Shown here: positions 26,330 to 39,283 of the stretch, piece by piece | Layout of the letters: every line of letters starts with the position of its first letter | Numbering within the stretch: the stretch's first letter is position 1 | Assembly (NCBI GenBank): GCA_043228905.1 | Contig: JBHGNT010000003.1 | Location: 9,052,001 to 9,116,000 of the forward strand | From: Azolla caroliniana | Taxonomy: Eukaryota > Plantae > Polypodiophyta | Direction of reading: 5' to 3' | Length of the DNA: 64,000 bases | Translations under genes and position numbers: made by a program | Notes under the pieces: model-generated | Databases searched by the model: none | Told to the model about the DNA's origin: nothing | The model's input: only the letters and a program-made list of their open reading frames with translations

Positions 26330-29300
26330 CAGCTGCCTGCCTGGCTGACACGAGTACCGTCACTTACTTTAACGCTCTCATAAGCGCATCTAACACAAAC
26401 TCCTAAAGTTAATCCTGCCTTCTGACATACGAGCGTAGCCCTCTCTAACGGCCTGCCAACTCCCCACCGATCCAGCTCTCCACCGGCCCAGGCCCCGACT
26501 TCTTCAACCGATTCGGGTCTCTCTCTCTCTCTCTCTCTACATATTCTCCCTCTTGCGTTCTTGTTGTCGCCGTTGCCATTTTCTCTCTCTGTCTTTGACT
26601 CTTGCATTTATGTTGTGTTGTCGCGGGCCGTTGCCGATGTGTTGTTGTGTCGTCGTTGTTTGCTATTGTGCGGTCGTTGTCTACTTGTCATGCTAGTGTG
26701 TGTGTTTCACTTTGAGTGTGTGCCTTCTTTGGTGGGTTCTTTTGGTGTGCTCGTCGCGTGCTACATGTGAATCGACGAAATGTTGATGTGAATGCGAAGT
26801 CCGTAGAGGCTTAGCTAAGTTTTCCACCCATTGCTTTTTATCTTTTTTGATACCAAAATGACGTCTAAACGAAAAGAACATAAGGAGACACAAGATGAGG
26901 CTATAAGTAAAGAAGACTTTTTAATTATGTTTAATCTCATAGCAAAAATTGAGAATGATATGCGAAAATGGGCGAAAGAAGTCGAAACCCAAAAGAAAAA
27001 AGATAGAGAGGAAAAAGACGCATTACGGCCGAAATACAGATTCAACTTAAAGTAGAAAACACCAACCTTAAGAAACAACTTAATGACCATGAGGTATCTA
27101 GAGAAGACGGTGAAATATCCTCCATAAAGGATATAAATAAAGGAAGAGATTAAAAAAGCTAAAGAATAAGTTAAAAACGGCATGGAGTTAGCTAAAACAA
27201 GTTGGGTAGACGTAGTAAAACGAAACATTACGAAGGAAATGAAAGATGAAAATATTGTTAACACTACCCTTGAAGAAGAGAAAATGTGTCAGGCCCGACG
27301 TTTAAATGTACATGTCATTGGACTCAATGAAGGTGCATCCCCTGACGAAGATGCACAAACACTTGGGAAAATGTTAGGGTACACAAAGGCCCTACCAATC
27401 ACCAAAACTTAGAGGGTTGGACGTGACACAATAAGGAAGAGAGCCTTAGTCCTTCAGTTTAAAGACTTAGAATCTAGAAGCACATTTTTTAAGAAAAGAC
27501 CAATTCTTCGAGGATTAGATGGGGACCCTATCTATCTAGATGAAGACTTCACTAAGATGCAAATTGAGCACCGCAAAAGTTGCATGCCATGAGTCATTCA
27601 AGCTCGTAAAGAAGGGCATCGTGCCTTTTATCGAAACCGACGAGTGATAATAAATGTTCGCGCTACAAATTGACGGTGTGCAGCCCATGTGACAGAAAAT
27701 ACACTTAGGATGACCTTATGGAATTGTAACGGCACACTTTGGACACACCCCAGCCGCCTAGAGGAGATATTAAAGGTATCAGATATACTTTTCTTGGTAG
27801 AAACACACCAAAGCCCAAATAGAGGACTCCCACGAGTCGAAGGATTCCATTGGGAGTCCATATTTAGACAAACCTCACGTTGACACACTACAGAGGATCG
27901 GGAGGTGTTGCAATATTATTTCCGAGAGAGCTACATAATAGGATAGAAATACGAATGACAGACCCAGACACTCGTTTTATGTGGGTGAAAGTCCTCACTA
28001 GCAAGGACCACGCAGTAACTTTCGTCATTTGTTACTTTCCCCCGAAAGGATCCTGTTATAATATGGCTGGAGAGGTGAGATTAGTCGATGAAGGAGTGCC
28101 ACATGGGCCTTCTCCATACGAACCTTTATCGGATGACATAATCCGATATTCTTCCCAAGGAGAAGTCTTCTTTGTTGGAGATTTCAATGCGAGAACCCAA
28201 TCCCGACAATGCACAATATTTCAGATGGATAGAAACCTAGAAATGGTAAATGTCGATCCTTTAGACATATGCACCACATGTAGATCAAAAGATCAAGGTG
28301 CAGACGCCACGAGCTTCGGCCATCATCTACTAGAACTTGGCAGTCGGCACCGGATGATCATATATAATGGTTTAGCCAAGTGGTTAGGCTCAGAAGATCT
28401 TACATGTTTCCCACATGGAGGAGGGGAAGCACAATTGATTATCTAATAGGACGCCCTGAAGCTATCCACATGATTAACTCCTTCCGGGTGGTCGAATGTC
28501 CTATTAGCGCGGATCATAGTTTCTTATACTTTGAACTAAAATGTGATATCTCCAACGTCACCAACTCTAGTCAGCCAAGCCATCACACCACAATACATTT
28601 CACACATGAGCTCTCTAACACATACTCCTGACACGGTTAGGCCCATTTCTTCTCTCTTGATTCCTCCTTGCCTTTAGAAAGCCTTACCACGGAACTCACA
28701 TACGTCCTTCACTCTGTAGCAATTAGCAGTTTCCCATATACGAAACACTCCAATCAAGGTAGAATAGGGTCTATGCCACATAATAGATGGTATGATGAGG
28801 ATTGTAGGAACTTACATAGACAACTTAAAGTATCGTACCTCAGTGGTACTATCACCTCACTACAAGCTCGCAAAGAAATGTGCAAGATGACACGTCGTAA
28901 GAGACGAGCGTGGGAGGCATCCCAATATTGGGAACTCTACCATATGCTCATGTGTTAGAGTTATGATCTAAAGTAAGCATATGATAAGGATAAAAGATAG
29001 ATAGATAGAAAGGAGAGAGAGAAAGAAGGATGTTGATCATGAGGCCTAAGGCCCCCAAGCAAGTCTTGGCCTAATGGGTTGTCTCAATCCCGAGGATTAA
29101 AAGTAATTCTCCCCTTCTTTACACTCTCATTTAACCCTCACACTTATCCACATGTATAGAATACTATGGTAAATTCTCGCCACAGGATATTATATGGTCA
29201 TGCCCGTAACATCATGAGTGGTGATTGCCCCACTGCGTGGAAGAGACTACGGGAACCAAGACCACAAACACCCATTGAGGATCCCAACACTTGGCACACA

Positions 29301-31231
29301 TATACATAGAAACTTTATCAAGTCCCCAACCATCCACCCATTCCAATGCCTTCTACACCCCGACCTACAATGGGGACACTTTTCACGACCTCTAGGGTCA
29401 TGAAGGTCATAAAGAAATTACAACATAGGAAGTCCATGGACCACACAAGATTGCAAGCAAAACACACCATATATGCGTGAGAGTGCCTAGCTCCCTTTCT
29501 AAGTCTAATATTCAATTGTGCCCTCGCCGAGGGTTTTCCACCACAGTGGCCCCCATACATAAAGCAGGAGACCCCATGGACCCAAATACATATAGGACCA
29601 TTATGATAGGTCATACACTCGTTAAATTATATGGTGCAATAATGGAAGCAGAGCTTAGCAATTATATGGAGACCTTAAATCTTCGAGCACCTAAACAAGT
29701 TGGTTTTAGAAGAGCCTTCTCTACTATTGATCATATCTTCACACTTAGATGCTTAATTGACTAGACAAAGGCTTGCAAGAAGAAATTATATAGTTGGTTT
29801 GTGTTCGACTTTTGCAAAGCCTTTTGACACAGTCCCTAGAGAGCGGTTGTTAGATAGGCTTAAAAGCTTGAAGATACCAAATGGCATGATTTGGGCCATC
29901 TACGCACTATATGAGCAAGTCTTCGGGTGCGTATGATGCCTAGGTGGCCTATCCAACTGCTTCACTAGCACTATTGTGTAAAACAAGGTTGCCCCCTATC
30001 ACCGACTCTTTTTGGGATCTACATTGATGAGATCATGGATTTTATTGTTGTAAGGGAGGCAATGGAGTAGTCCTTGGTGGTATCATGTTCGTATCTTGCT
30101 CTATGCAGATGACATAGTTTTGCCCTCTTAGTCCAAACACGACCTACAAAGGCACCTTAATGCCTTAGATGACTTTTGCACACAACGAGGATTGGTAGTG
30201 AACTTAGGGAAAACTAAAGTCCTTATCTTCCACACATCGGCTCAAGTTAGAACTAAGTGTCACCTAACCATCTCCCATAGCCCAGTTGAAGTAGTTGGAT
30301 CATATGTATATCTCGGAGTCACTTTCAGTGCCCGCTCAAGTAAATTTTCTATGACACAAGCACCGAAGGATAGACTTACAAGAGGACATGCATCCCTCTC
30401 ACTCTTCGAGAGACAATGCCACCGGACATACTTTCAAGAGCCATGGACTAAGGGGTGGCTCTTCGACTAATTAGTGACCCCCTCCCTCATGTATGCATCA
30501 GTGGTTTGGCCTCCACGGCTACCATCTTTCATGTGGACGCAATTAGAGAGACCATTGGTGATGATGTTATCACGCTAACTCCAAAGCAAATCGACAATAC
30601 CACATGACATTATGAGAGTTGAGTTCACCTTACCCTCGATGTTAGTAGAAGTACTTTTTCAACTTGTAGTCTTTGGATACATAGCCAACCACATGATAGG
30701 ATATCTCATCAAGCTTTTGAGGCATCTCGATCTCTATATGAGTTCGGTTATACTAGCTCATGCTATGGCATGATGGTGAGTTGGCTTCTTGCAAAGGTCT
30801 AGACATTAATAATCTCCCTCCCCTTAGGTACAACCACGCGATTGATAACACTTTAATTTCTCATGAGGACCGTAATAAAGTAATACGCCAAGAAATATGG
30901 TAAATTTACACTTGATATAAATGGATTACCCCATTAGAGCCACTCCCATCTAAAATGTTGTACTATAAGGAACACCTAATGCACTTCTCTAAGTTTGGTT
31001 TTATTACACGACCAAAATATCTAGATGCATTCTTACCAAATGCACTAAGGGTTGCCATTGGACAACTTAGAATATCATCTCACCAACTTGAGATTGAGAA
31101 TGGCCGTACTAATGGAGTCCCTAGAGAGGAAAGGATATCACATAGAGATAGAGGATGAGTACCACTTTACATGCAAGTGTCCAACTTACCCTGAGATAAG
31201 GGCAAAATACCGAGACATATTCGGTCCCCCA
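26330..31231 (+). mobile_element. Near full-length degenerate two-ORF LINE (RTE-X-like)
   Basis: Pyrimidine/GTT-rich 5' UTR; ORF1 about 26858-27674 (RRLNVHVIGL, IYLDEDFT); ORF2 APE endonuclease (LWNCNG, GSGGVA, GDFNAR, IDY, ADH), RT (QVGFRRAFSTIDHIF, KQGCPLSP, YADD) and C-terminal LRISSHQLEIENGR...EDEYHF.C..Y. The 5' boundary is approximate. Confidence 0.85.
28953..29211. mobile_element. Solo LTR (259 bp) inserted in LINE ORF2
   Basis: TGTTA...TAACA termini with a perfect 5-bp TSD TCATG (28948-28952 and 29212-29216). Confidence 0.85.
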
Positions 31232-31588
31232 AAGCTCAAGTTGTGTTGGACTTGGTCAACCCAATAGCTCTTTGGATTCTTTGGAAACAACGGTGTAGAT
31301 GGGTCTTCTCCAATCAAACCATGCATCAAGCAATATTATTGCAAGAGATATGGAATGAAGTTGTAGTCACTCTATAGAGCCAATACGATGGCCTCAAAGG
31401 CAGGTCCGATAGAGTTGAAAGATAATGATTAGCCTTCGTCCAACAATGGTCGTCCTCTCCCTTTCTGAGTCAGTGGGCCTCCACATAAGATGGAAGTAAC
31501 GCGTCCCTATTGGGATTTGTATATAACATTCCCAACCTGTAAAATTATATAACTAATTGAAGGAGTTTTTCTTTGGGAAAAAAAAAGA
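31232..31588 (+). mobile_element. L1 3' end fragment with poly(A)
   Basis: ALWILWKQRCRWVF...EIWNEVV...QYDGLKG...QQWSSSP is homologous to ORF 10646-11260; ends in an A run. Confidence 0.75.
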
Positions 31589-34500
31589 TTGTCAAGACTC
31601 AACATGGAAGTGACTAACAATGTTACATGAGTAAGCTTGAAAACAAGTGAAATGATTTTATTTTCTTATGTATCTTAGCATATTGTGGTAGTTTCCCAAT
31701 TAAAATATTTAACATGGGGTTCAAAGTACATATTAGCGTATTATTATAGTTTTCCAATTAAAATATTTAACATGGGGTCCAAAGATTGATTCCTTTTCAA
31801 TCAAGCAAATGTAAGACCTTGTTTGTCTCATTCCTTGAATTCAATATTGCACTTTTTAGATTATTCTATTAGGAATGTGAGTGTTTGTATATTGCAGACG
31901 TGAATATGATTGGTCAACTATTTCAAGTTGAAAGATAAGGTTCCAATTTGTAGAGTAGTGGATTTGCATGAGGTCTTGTTATTTAGTCGGTAAAAAAATA
32001 TTTGGGCGGAAAAACATCAATCTAGAATGAAAACAAAATACTCGTATTGTTTCCACAAGAAATTTCAAATCAACATAGTATACCATTTAACACAAACACT
32101 ATGAATACGATTTTTAAACTTATGATATAATTTTGGAGTCGATGTCTCACGTTATGTAAATGTTAAAAAAGAACATTTAAAGTAAAGCCCATATGTTTTT
32201 ATTTGGGCTTTACCTATTTGTCTCGACGAACTTGTCTATGCAAAGTAAAAGTCAAACTAGAAAAAGAGTGATAGACAAAGATCTTTTTTACTATTGTGTA
32301 ATGTGTATGATAATATTGAGCTCAAATTATTTCTATTTGTATGATATCAAAGGATAAGGCCTTTGGTTCCACTAGCATTTCCTCCGTAGAGACACATGTA
32401 ATGTGGACGGAACAAGATTAGTGTAGATACTGTGAAAGAGAAAACGAAATCTATTGTTTTTAACTTTACCGCCAATTAGATAGAGATGATGTGGAATCCG
32501 CAAATGAGAAGATAGCATGTGTCCATTTCCACACATATATTAATAATTTTGATCCAATTATTAGTGCACTCAAGAAAGATAAGTTTGCCTTTTCTAGAAG
32601 AGCAAAGGGGTATCTTCTAGAAAAGTATAAAGATACCTTGTGATTGGTTTGAAGTCAAGCATGAGCACCATTCAAGGTTTCTATCACCCCTTGAGTTCCC
32701 TCTCAATTGATAATCAACCCACAACACTCCAACTTCTATGAACAAAAATTCTTCCAAGGTCTTATAACCTATTCATAAAAATGCAAACAAAAACAAATGT
32801 ATAATTTCTTAGCCACTCCTATATTCTATTAGGGATAATCTAAGAAGTATGGTGCAAGATAACAACTCCAACTAATTTTTACTTTCAACACATCTAATAT
32901 TAGAATTTTAATATCACCAAATTATAGCTACATTTTTTTACCATCCTTCAAGTGTATTATGTCATTGTCAAGAGCAAGGAAATATAATATTAAGAGATTT
33001 TGTTGTTCCATGTCCAATTACTTTGAAAGAAATTGTATTCGTTGTCGAGTCTACCTTGGGTTTGAAATATTTTTTGTTCCCAAAAAAATCTCCTTGCATT
33101 AGTTATAAAAGTTACAGGCATGAATCAGGTGCGGTGTTATATACACACCACAAACGGGGCTTGATAGTTCCATCTTATGTGGAGACCCATTGATTAAAGA
33201 AAGGGAGAAGATGACCATTGTTGGACGAAGAGTGAGTGTTGTCTTTCAGCTCCTTCGGATCCGCCCGTGATGCCATCATATTGACTTTTTAGCGCGGCTA
33301 CAACTTCACTCCATATCTCCTATAATAATGTCACCTAGTGAACTATTTGATTGGAGAAGGCTAGCCTACAACGCTACTCCAGATGGTTCATAATGTTATT
33401 CGGCTGATTAATTCCATCACGACTTGATCTTTGGCATTGATGTGGGTTGAGTAAACATTGTCGATGGTGGAAACCAAAATACCATGTGCCTTTACCACCA
33501 ACTTCATTCCCTCATGATGTTCGTATCTCTCAATTGGGGCTTGCTAGGATAACCAATATACATTTCCTCACTTGATTGAGCCTTGCACCTTGCATAATTG
33601 CAATAGTCGGCCAACCCCCCTCCATATTTGATGAGTCTTTGAGAAATAATTTTTGTTTCTATCATGTATCTTTAATCAACTGATATAAGGCATAATTCGA
33701 GAATCAATTGTCTTGCAATGTTTGGAGGGATGCACCCTTAGTGTGGACACTATAATGCATGTATCATCTTCAAACCAACGACACATTAGAATTCCACAAA
33801 TTATATCTTATATAATGTTTGTTATGATCTTAAATCATAGGTAAAAGATGTCAACTTAAAGAATGAGTAATTCTTGGATGATAATGACCATCCTCGTGGG
33901 CATTCTCATCACATGTCTCTAAAACAACAACTCTTAGGAGCACTAAATTTCTATTATCACTTGAGAGCTACACAAGGACCTACAAGTATTAATGTGCTAA
34001 AACACTTACAAAACAATAGATGATCGAGTCAAGAATATGTTTTGAAAATTGAATAGACCAAAAACCTAATGTTAGATGTTTATAAAACACTTACAAACCA
34101 ATAAATTATTGGGTGAAGTAAATTTTGGAAAATTGAATGTACTAAAAGACATTGGTATTCCGTGAAGGAAAAATAAAATTTACTTTTCTCTTGAATATTG
34201 TTGCCGGTCATGAGATTGCTTTGCCATGAGCCCCACTAGTACTTCTACTTTTTGACACCATCTACTTCATTAATTGAACAAGTGCAAACTTGTTTATTTG
34301 TTATTGCTTGAACAACTATCTCCCCCTCCAAAGCTTTGTCAAGAATCAACGAGAGAACCTCAAAATTGTGATACTATGTTATGTCTTGCATAATTACACG
34401 AGGATTGTACAAAATAGATTCTTAACAATAATATAATGAAGAAAAGAGAAGAAACATACCTATATCATGCAAAATGTTTAAGCATGATTACATTGGTTGT

Positions 34501-37500
34501 TTGTTATAACTAGAGTTATGTCTCATGCTCTCCAAAGTGAGCAAATACATATAAACTAGGAGGATGTAGTAAATGGTGTAACCTTTGAATGCATTCTAAG
34601 ATTCTATCTTGTACAAAGGATGGTTAACCTAAATGGTTACCCCATGAACCATAAAGATCACAACGATTCCTATTGCTCACACATGTGGGGTGTTGATGAT
34701 TATTTAGACCTCATGGTTTCTCCCTTCATTTCCCACTATGAGACTATGCTCTTTGTCAAATCTATTTTGACAAACATGTGATCCTCATAGTGGCAAATAG
34801 CTTAATACAAACTCACATGCGGCATGCTATTGTAAATGATAGTTTTTTATTTAATGTACACGATATTATGTATAATTGCGGCCTTATTGAGAGGGATGTA
34901 AGTAAATTTATGTAACTTATGTCCCTAAGCAATAATTGATGTACGATTGCTTACCTTGGACATATCACGATATGTTACTACATTGTTCACATGAACAATC
35001 TCTATCTTTACAAAGTTTCACATGAATAAATGTTCAAGCATTGCTTTTTCTTTTATTTTGGTTTAGTGAAATGAATTTGCAATGACTAATTGAACAAATT
35101 TCTAACAAACTTAAGATTGTCGTGCATAGTGATATGTTGGCGTTATTTATTTATTTATGACAAGCACATTATATACATGCAAAATAATGCTCCAAGTCTA
35201 GAGATATACCATGTGAAATAAATGGTGTACAAATAAACTTGCATGGCCTTATCCATAGATATTGAGATATCAAAAGGTTTTTTAATGATTAATTGAAACA
35301 AAATTGGTATTATAGCATGTTCTTGTAGAGCATAATGGCACTTTGGGAATATTTAATAGCTATGGGTGTAGGCATGAACACGTTAAAGCATGCTTTATTT
35401 AAATCAAGATCAACTATAACATTTTCTAATTATTTTGCTACAAACAACGCTATGGGACATGGGCTCCTTACTTATACCAACTTTATGTACTTCAACGAGA
35501 AGCAAGGAAGTGATTTTTTATTGAGAATAATTTATGTTGGATATGGATCTAGAAATATACTATGTCTATCATGAAATATCAAACAATGCACCCAAGAAAC
35601 AAATGTACAGAATTATACACATGCAACCATATACATGTGTAAAAAGATAATGTTAGATAATTTATATTAGATTTGGATAACTAACCGTCTTGATTTGGGA
35701 ATCGATCAAGCATTGGATCAATATGTTATGGCAACTCAGTGCCACCTCAAAGCATTTCTTTTGTTGAGGCCAATGTAAATGTAATGTACTTTGCCTTGAA
35801 AATGTTGTTAGATTCCACTTCAAAGTTACTTCATTTGAATGAAGTTCTTTGAGGCCAATGTATATATGGATTTAACCTTGGGAATGTTGTCAAACTCCAC
35901 TTTCAACTCCCTTGAATTGCTACGATGCTATATTTAACCTATTTGACAATTTTCAGGGATACATTGTGAAACAACCTCTCTACATAGTGCTTTTGAATAC
36001 GATATAGTCGATGGTTGCTTCTAATGGTTTAATGTAATAGAATGTTTTCTCAATGCACAATGCCATAGAATCATAAAAGAGATGAAGCTACTTATCAATG
36101 AATACATATCTCTTAAGCAATGCCAAAATTTAATGTACATTAACAAACCAACAACCTTGATGTGGATATGATACCAAAACAATAAGCAAACAAGTTCAAC
36201 CAATAATCTTGATGGGCCCTAGTGAGACTCTAGCTATCCATCATAACTTGAGTTGTGTGTGATATTAGTAAACAAATTTAGAAATTATGAGTGGATAAAT
36301 TTGATAAAGTCAAGATAACAAACTTGGATACCAAGAAATATGATTAAGGGGTGGGTGTAAAGAATCTATTGATTGGGTCACTTGGTAAGATGTGTGACAA
36401 ATTCGTAGATTAAATAGTGGGTGAAATCAATAGGTGCACCGTGCAATTGAAGTCATCGATGTCTTGAAACGATTGTATTTGAAGATACTGAACATTCAAA
36501 CACTTGACACAAATATGAAGACTTTAGTTACTACGGATCCTAAGATTCTATAAAAGTTTCTACTAGAATTGTGATGTCATGACTAGCTTTTTAGGATGCC
36601 CTAAATCTCTTTAATTTCATGGATTGTTGTCGCAACCTATAAACATTGTTTGGGTTCCTAGATAGGTGATATCATGCTTGTCTCTTTTGGAATGTGAGCT
36701 TTAATCTCTTTATTGGTTTTTCATAGAAGCTTTCAAATCGTAGTTTTAATTCGATTAATTTAGGTTCAAACGTTGTTTTACCATGTACTTGCATACTTGA
36801 AAAGCAAAACAATGTTTAGGATGAACATAGAAAGAGCCTAAACAATTCTAAAAGCTTACACCTTGCACATTGTAAATTTATCATAACAACTTATTGAACT
36901 ACTCGATAAAACACCTAATATACACTCATGGATATGACAATAGTCTATTGACAAGGATGAATCACTAGTATGATCCATGAGTGGCTTGACAGATTGGATT
37001 GTGAAAACTTTGATGTACCTAGTCCACGCCGATTCCAAATCATATCCATGAATTCATACAATTTTATTGACCAAGCAATTCGATTCCCAAAGGTCATCTA
37101 AAATACATTTGTTGAGTTAGTCATGTTCCATGGATGTATAAATGATTTTGATCAATTGGATGGTTTAGATTTGTTGGATTCAACCACATTCATGATCGAT
37201 AAGGTTGGATTTGAAGGCGTGCCACTAATTGGACTAAGCAAAAGACAGAAAACAATGAGCAGTGAGTGGGGTAGGGGGGGGGGGGGGGGGGTCCCGATCG
37301 TGTCATCGATAGCCAGGTCGATCTATCAGAACACATGAGATAAGAAGAATAATAATAAGCGTGTTTTACAGCAAGTTTACACAAAAGTGTTAAGTGTAAC
37401 TGTAACCGTAAGTGGAACCGTGTGTGTGTGTGTGTAAAATATCAATCGATCAAAAAGAGTAGATTTGGCGGCACATATCATCAAGGGGTTGGGCGGGGGG

Positions 37501-37589
37501 GAGGGTACACTTGGCATCATTGCAGGAGATGAGGCGGGACACGTGGATGGATAGGGAGACAGCAAGCAAGCAAGCGGGGCAAGACTCCC

Positions 37590-37717
37590 CCGACACATTA
37601 CCCCTAGTCCCTCACCCTCTCAAATTACTGTACCGACACATTACCCTTGGTCTGTCACCCCCTCAAATTACCGGTACCGACACATTACCCTTGGCCCCTC
37701 ACCCTCTCAAATTACCT
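37590..37717. repeat. Tandem repeat of about 43 bp, 3 copies, upstream of the DnaJ gene
   Basis: CCGACACATTACCC...TCACCC.CTCAAATTAC repeated three times. Confidence 0.85.
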
Positions 37718-38208
37718 TGGTCCCGCATCCGCATCCGCACCCTCTCCCTCTCCACCTCACCAATAGATAGGAGATCCGAGAGATTTATTAACATAATTGT
37801 GTGTTTTTAGTAGGAGCCCAAGTCGGCAATATATGTGAACAAAGTAAAGTAAAGTAAAGTATAGCATAATGGAGGGGGGGGAGGAAAGGATAAGGCGGTT
37901 CACCAACAGCCCAAGTGGCCCATATGATCATGATCATGATGATGCTGAGTCAAGAAGAACTAAAAAAAAGAAAAAAAAGAAAGAAAGAAAGAAAGAAAAG
38001 AAAGGCCTTCATAAAAAGCCATGGTTTCCTTTGCCCTGACTCTTCAACCTTCTCTACAGAGATTCTATTCTTCCCTCTTTCCCATTCCCTCTCCACTCCT
38101 CCAATTCCTTTCCTTCATATTCATTCATTCATTCCTCTTGGTTGGGTTTTGGCATTCATTCATTTAGACTTCTCAATCCAATCCAATCCAATCCAATCCA
38201 AATCCATA

Positions 38209-39135
38209 ATGGAAAGCACAGCTTCTTTGATCTCTCCTTCCTCCCCTGTTTCTGCCTCCACCTTCTCCTTCTCTCCCCTCCACTCCCCACGCCAACAACA
38301 CTTCAACATGTCTCCTTCTCCAACTTCCAATTCCACCTCCACCTCCCCAATCCCTTCTCCGCGCCGCGCCCCTTCTTTCGCCGACAATCTCGACCTCTCC
38401 TCCTCCTCCTCCTCCATGTGGAACACCCCTAGGCCATGTGTCCCCTTGCAACCCCCGCCCGAATTCGCCTTCTCCAAATCGCCCCCCCGCTCGATGCCCA
38501 TCGAAACCTCGGCTTATTCCACCACCACCACCGAGAATACCCGTACCCGTACCCGCCACGCCTCCTCCTCCTCCGAAACCCGAACACCCCGCCGCCCCGC
38601 CCTCGACAACCACTACTCCACCCTCGGAGTCCCCAGGCACGCCACGAGCAAAGAGATCCGAGGAGCTTACCGGAAGCTAGCCCTCCAATACCACCCCGAT
38701 GTGAGCCCACTCCATCAATTGGATACCTCTACCAAGGTCTTTGCCGAGATCAACGAGGCCTACACCACCCTCTCGGATCCGCAGAAACGCCAATTGTATG
38801 ACCTTAAGCTGGCTCTCGAGTCCCCGGTTGAGCCCCCTCCCATGGCCTATTCATACCCAATGTATTCTTCTTCTTCTTCTCCTCTCTCCTATTCATCGCC
38901 CACATCATCGCCTACTTCTAACTCTTCATCGGCCGCATCCTCGCCCATATGGGCTTCCTCGCCCGCGTCCTCGCCCACGGCCGCATCATCATCATCGGCC
39001 ACCATGTGGACACAGTACGGATCGGCGGCCGCGGTACGCTCCCCCCGTGAGTACACTCACGCCGCCACAGGCCGCGTCTACCCATCCATGAATTCCTTCT
39101 ACAGGGAATGGAGGAGAGGTGCCCATGCTTCATGA
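38209..39135 (+). CDS. Type-C J-domain (DnaJ/Hsp40) protein, Ser/Pro-rich, possibly plastid-targeted, 308 aa
   Basis: J-domain HYSTLGV...EIRGAYRKLALQYHPD...FAEINEAYTTLSDPQKRQLYD with an intact HPD motif. ATG at 38209 follows a pyrimidine-rich/(CAATC)n leader. The Ser-rich N-terminus resembles a transit peptide (inference). Single exon. Confidence 0.88.
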   Translation: MESTASLISPSSPVSASTFSFSPLHSPRQQHFNMSPSPTSNSTSTSPIPSPRRAPSFADNLDLSSSSSSMWNTPRPCVPLQPPPEFAFSKSPPRSMPIETSAYSTTTTENTRTRTRHASSSSETRTPRRPALDNHYSTLGVPRHATSKEIRGAYRKLALQYHPDVSPLHQLDTSTKVFAEINEAYTTLSDPQKRQLYDLKLALESPVEPPPMAYSYPMYSSSSSPLSYSSPTSSPTSNSSSAASSPIWASSPASSPTAASSSSATMWTQYGSAAAVRSPREYTHAATGRVYPSMNSFYREWRRGAHAS

Positions 39136-39252
39136 AAAACCAACCTCCTATATATATAACAATCTAGCAATGGGGCTGGATTCTTGTTATTAGTTTTCCC
39201 TTTAATTAACACCTCCACATGGATCCCTTTTCTTATATAAAGAAGGGAGTTC

Positions 39253-39283
<31 letters not shown>

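Noticed and set aside
37915-38208. N-terminal extension of the DnaJ ORF (406 aa)
   Set aside because: Starts at GTG and runs through A-rich and (CAATC)n low-complexity promoter/UTR sequence; ATG 38209 is the plausible start.
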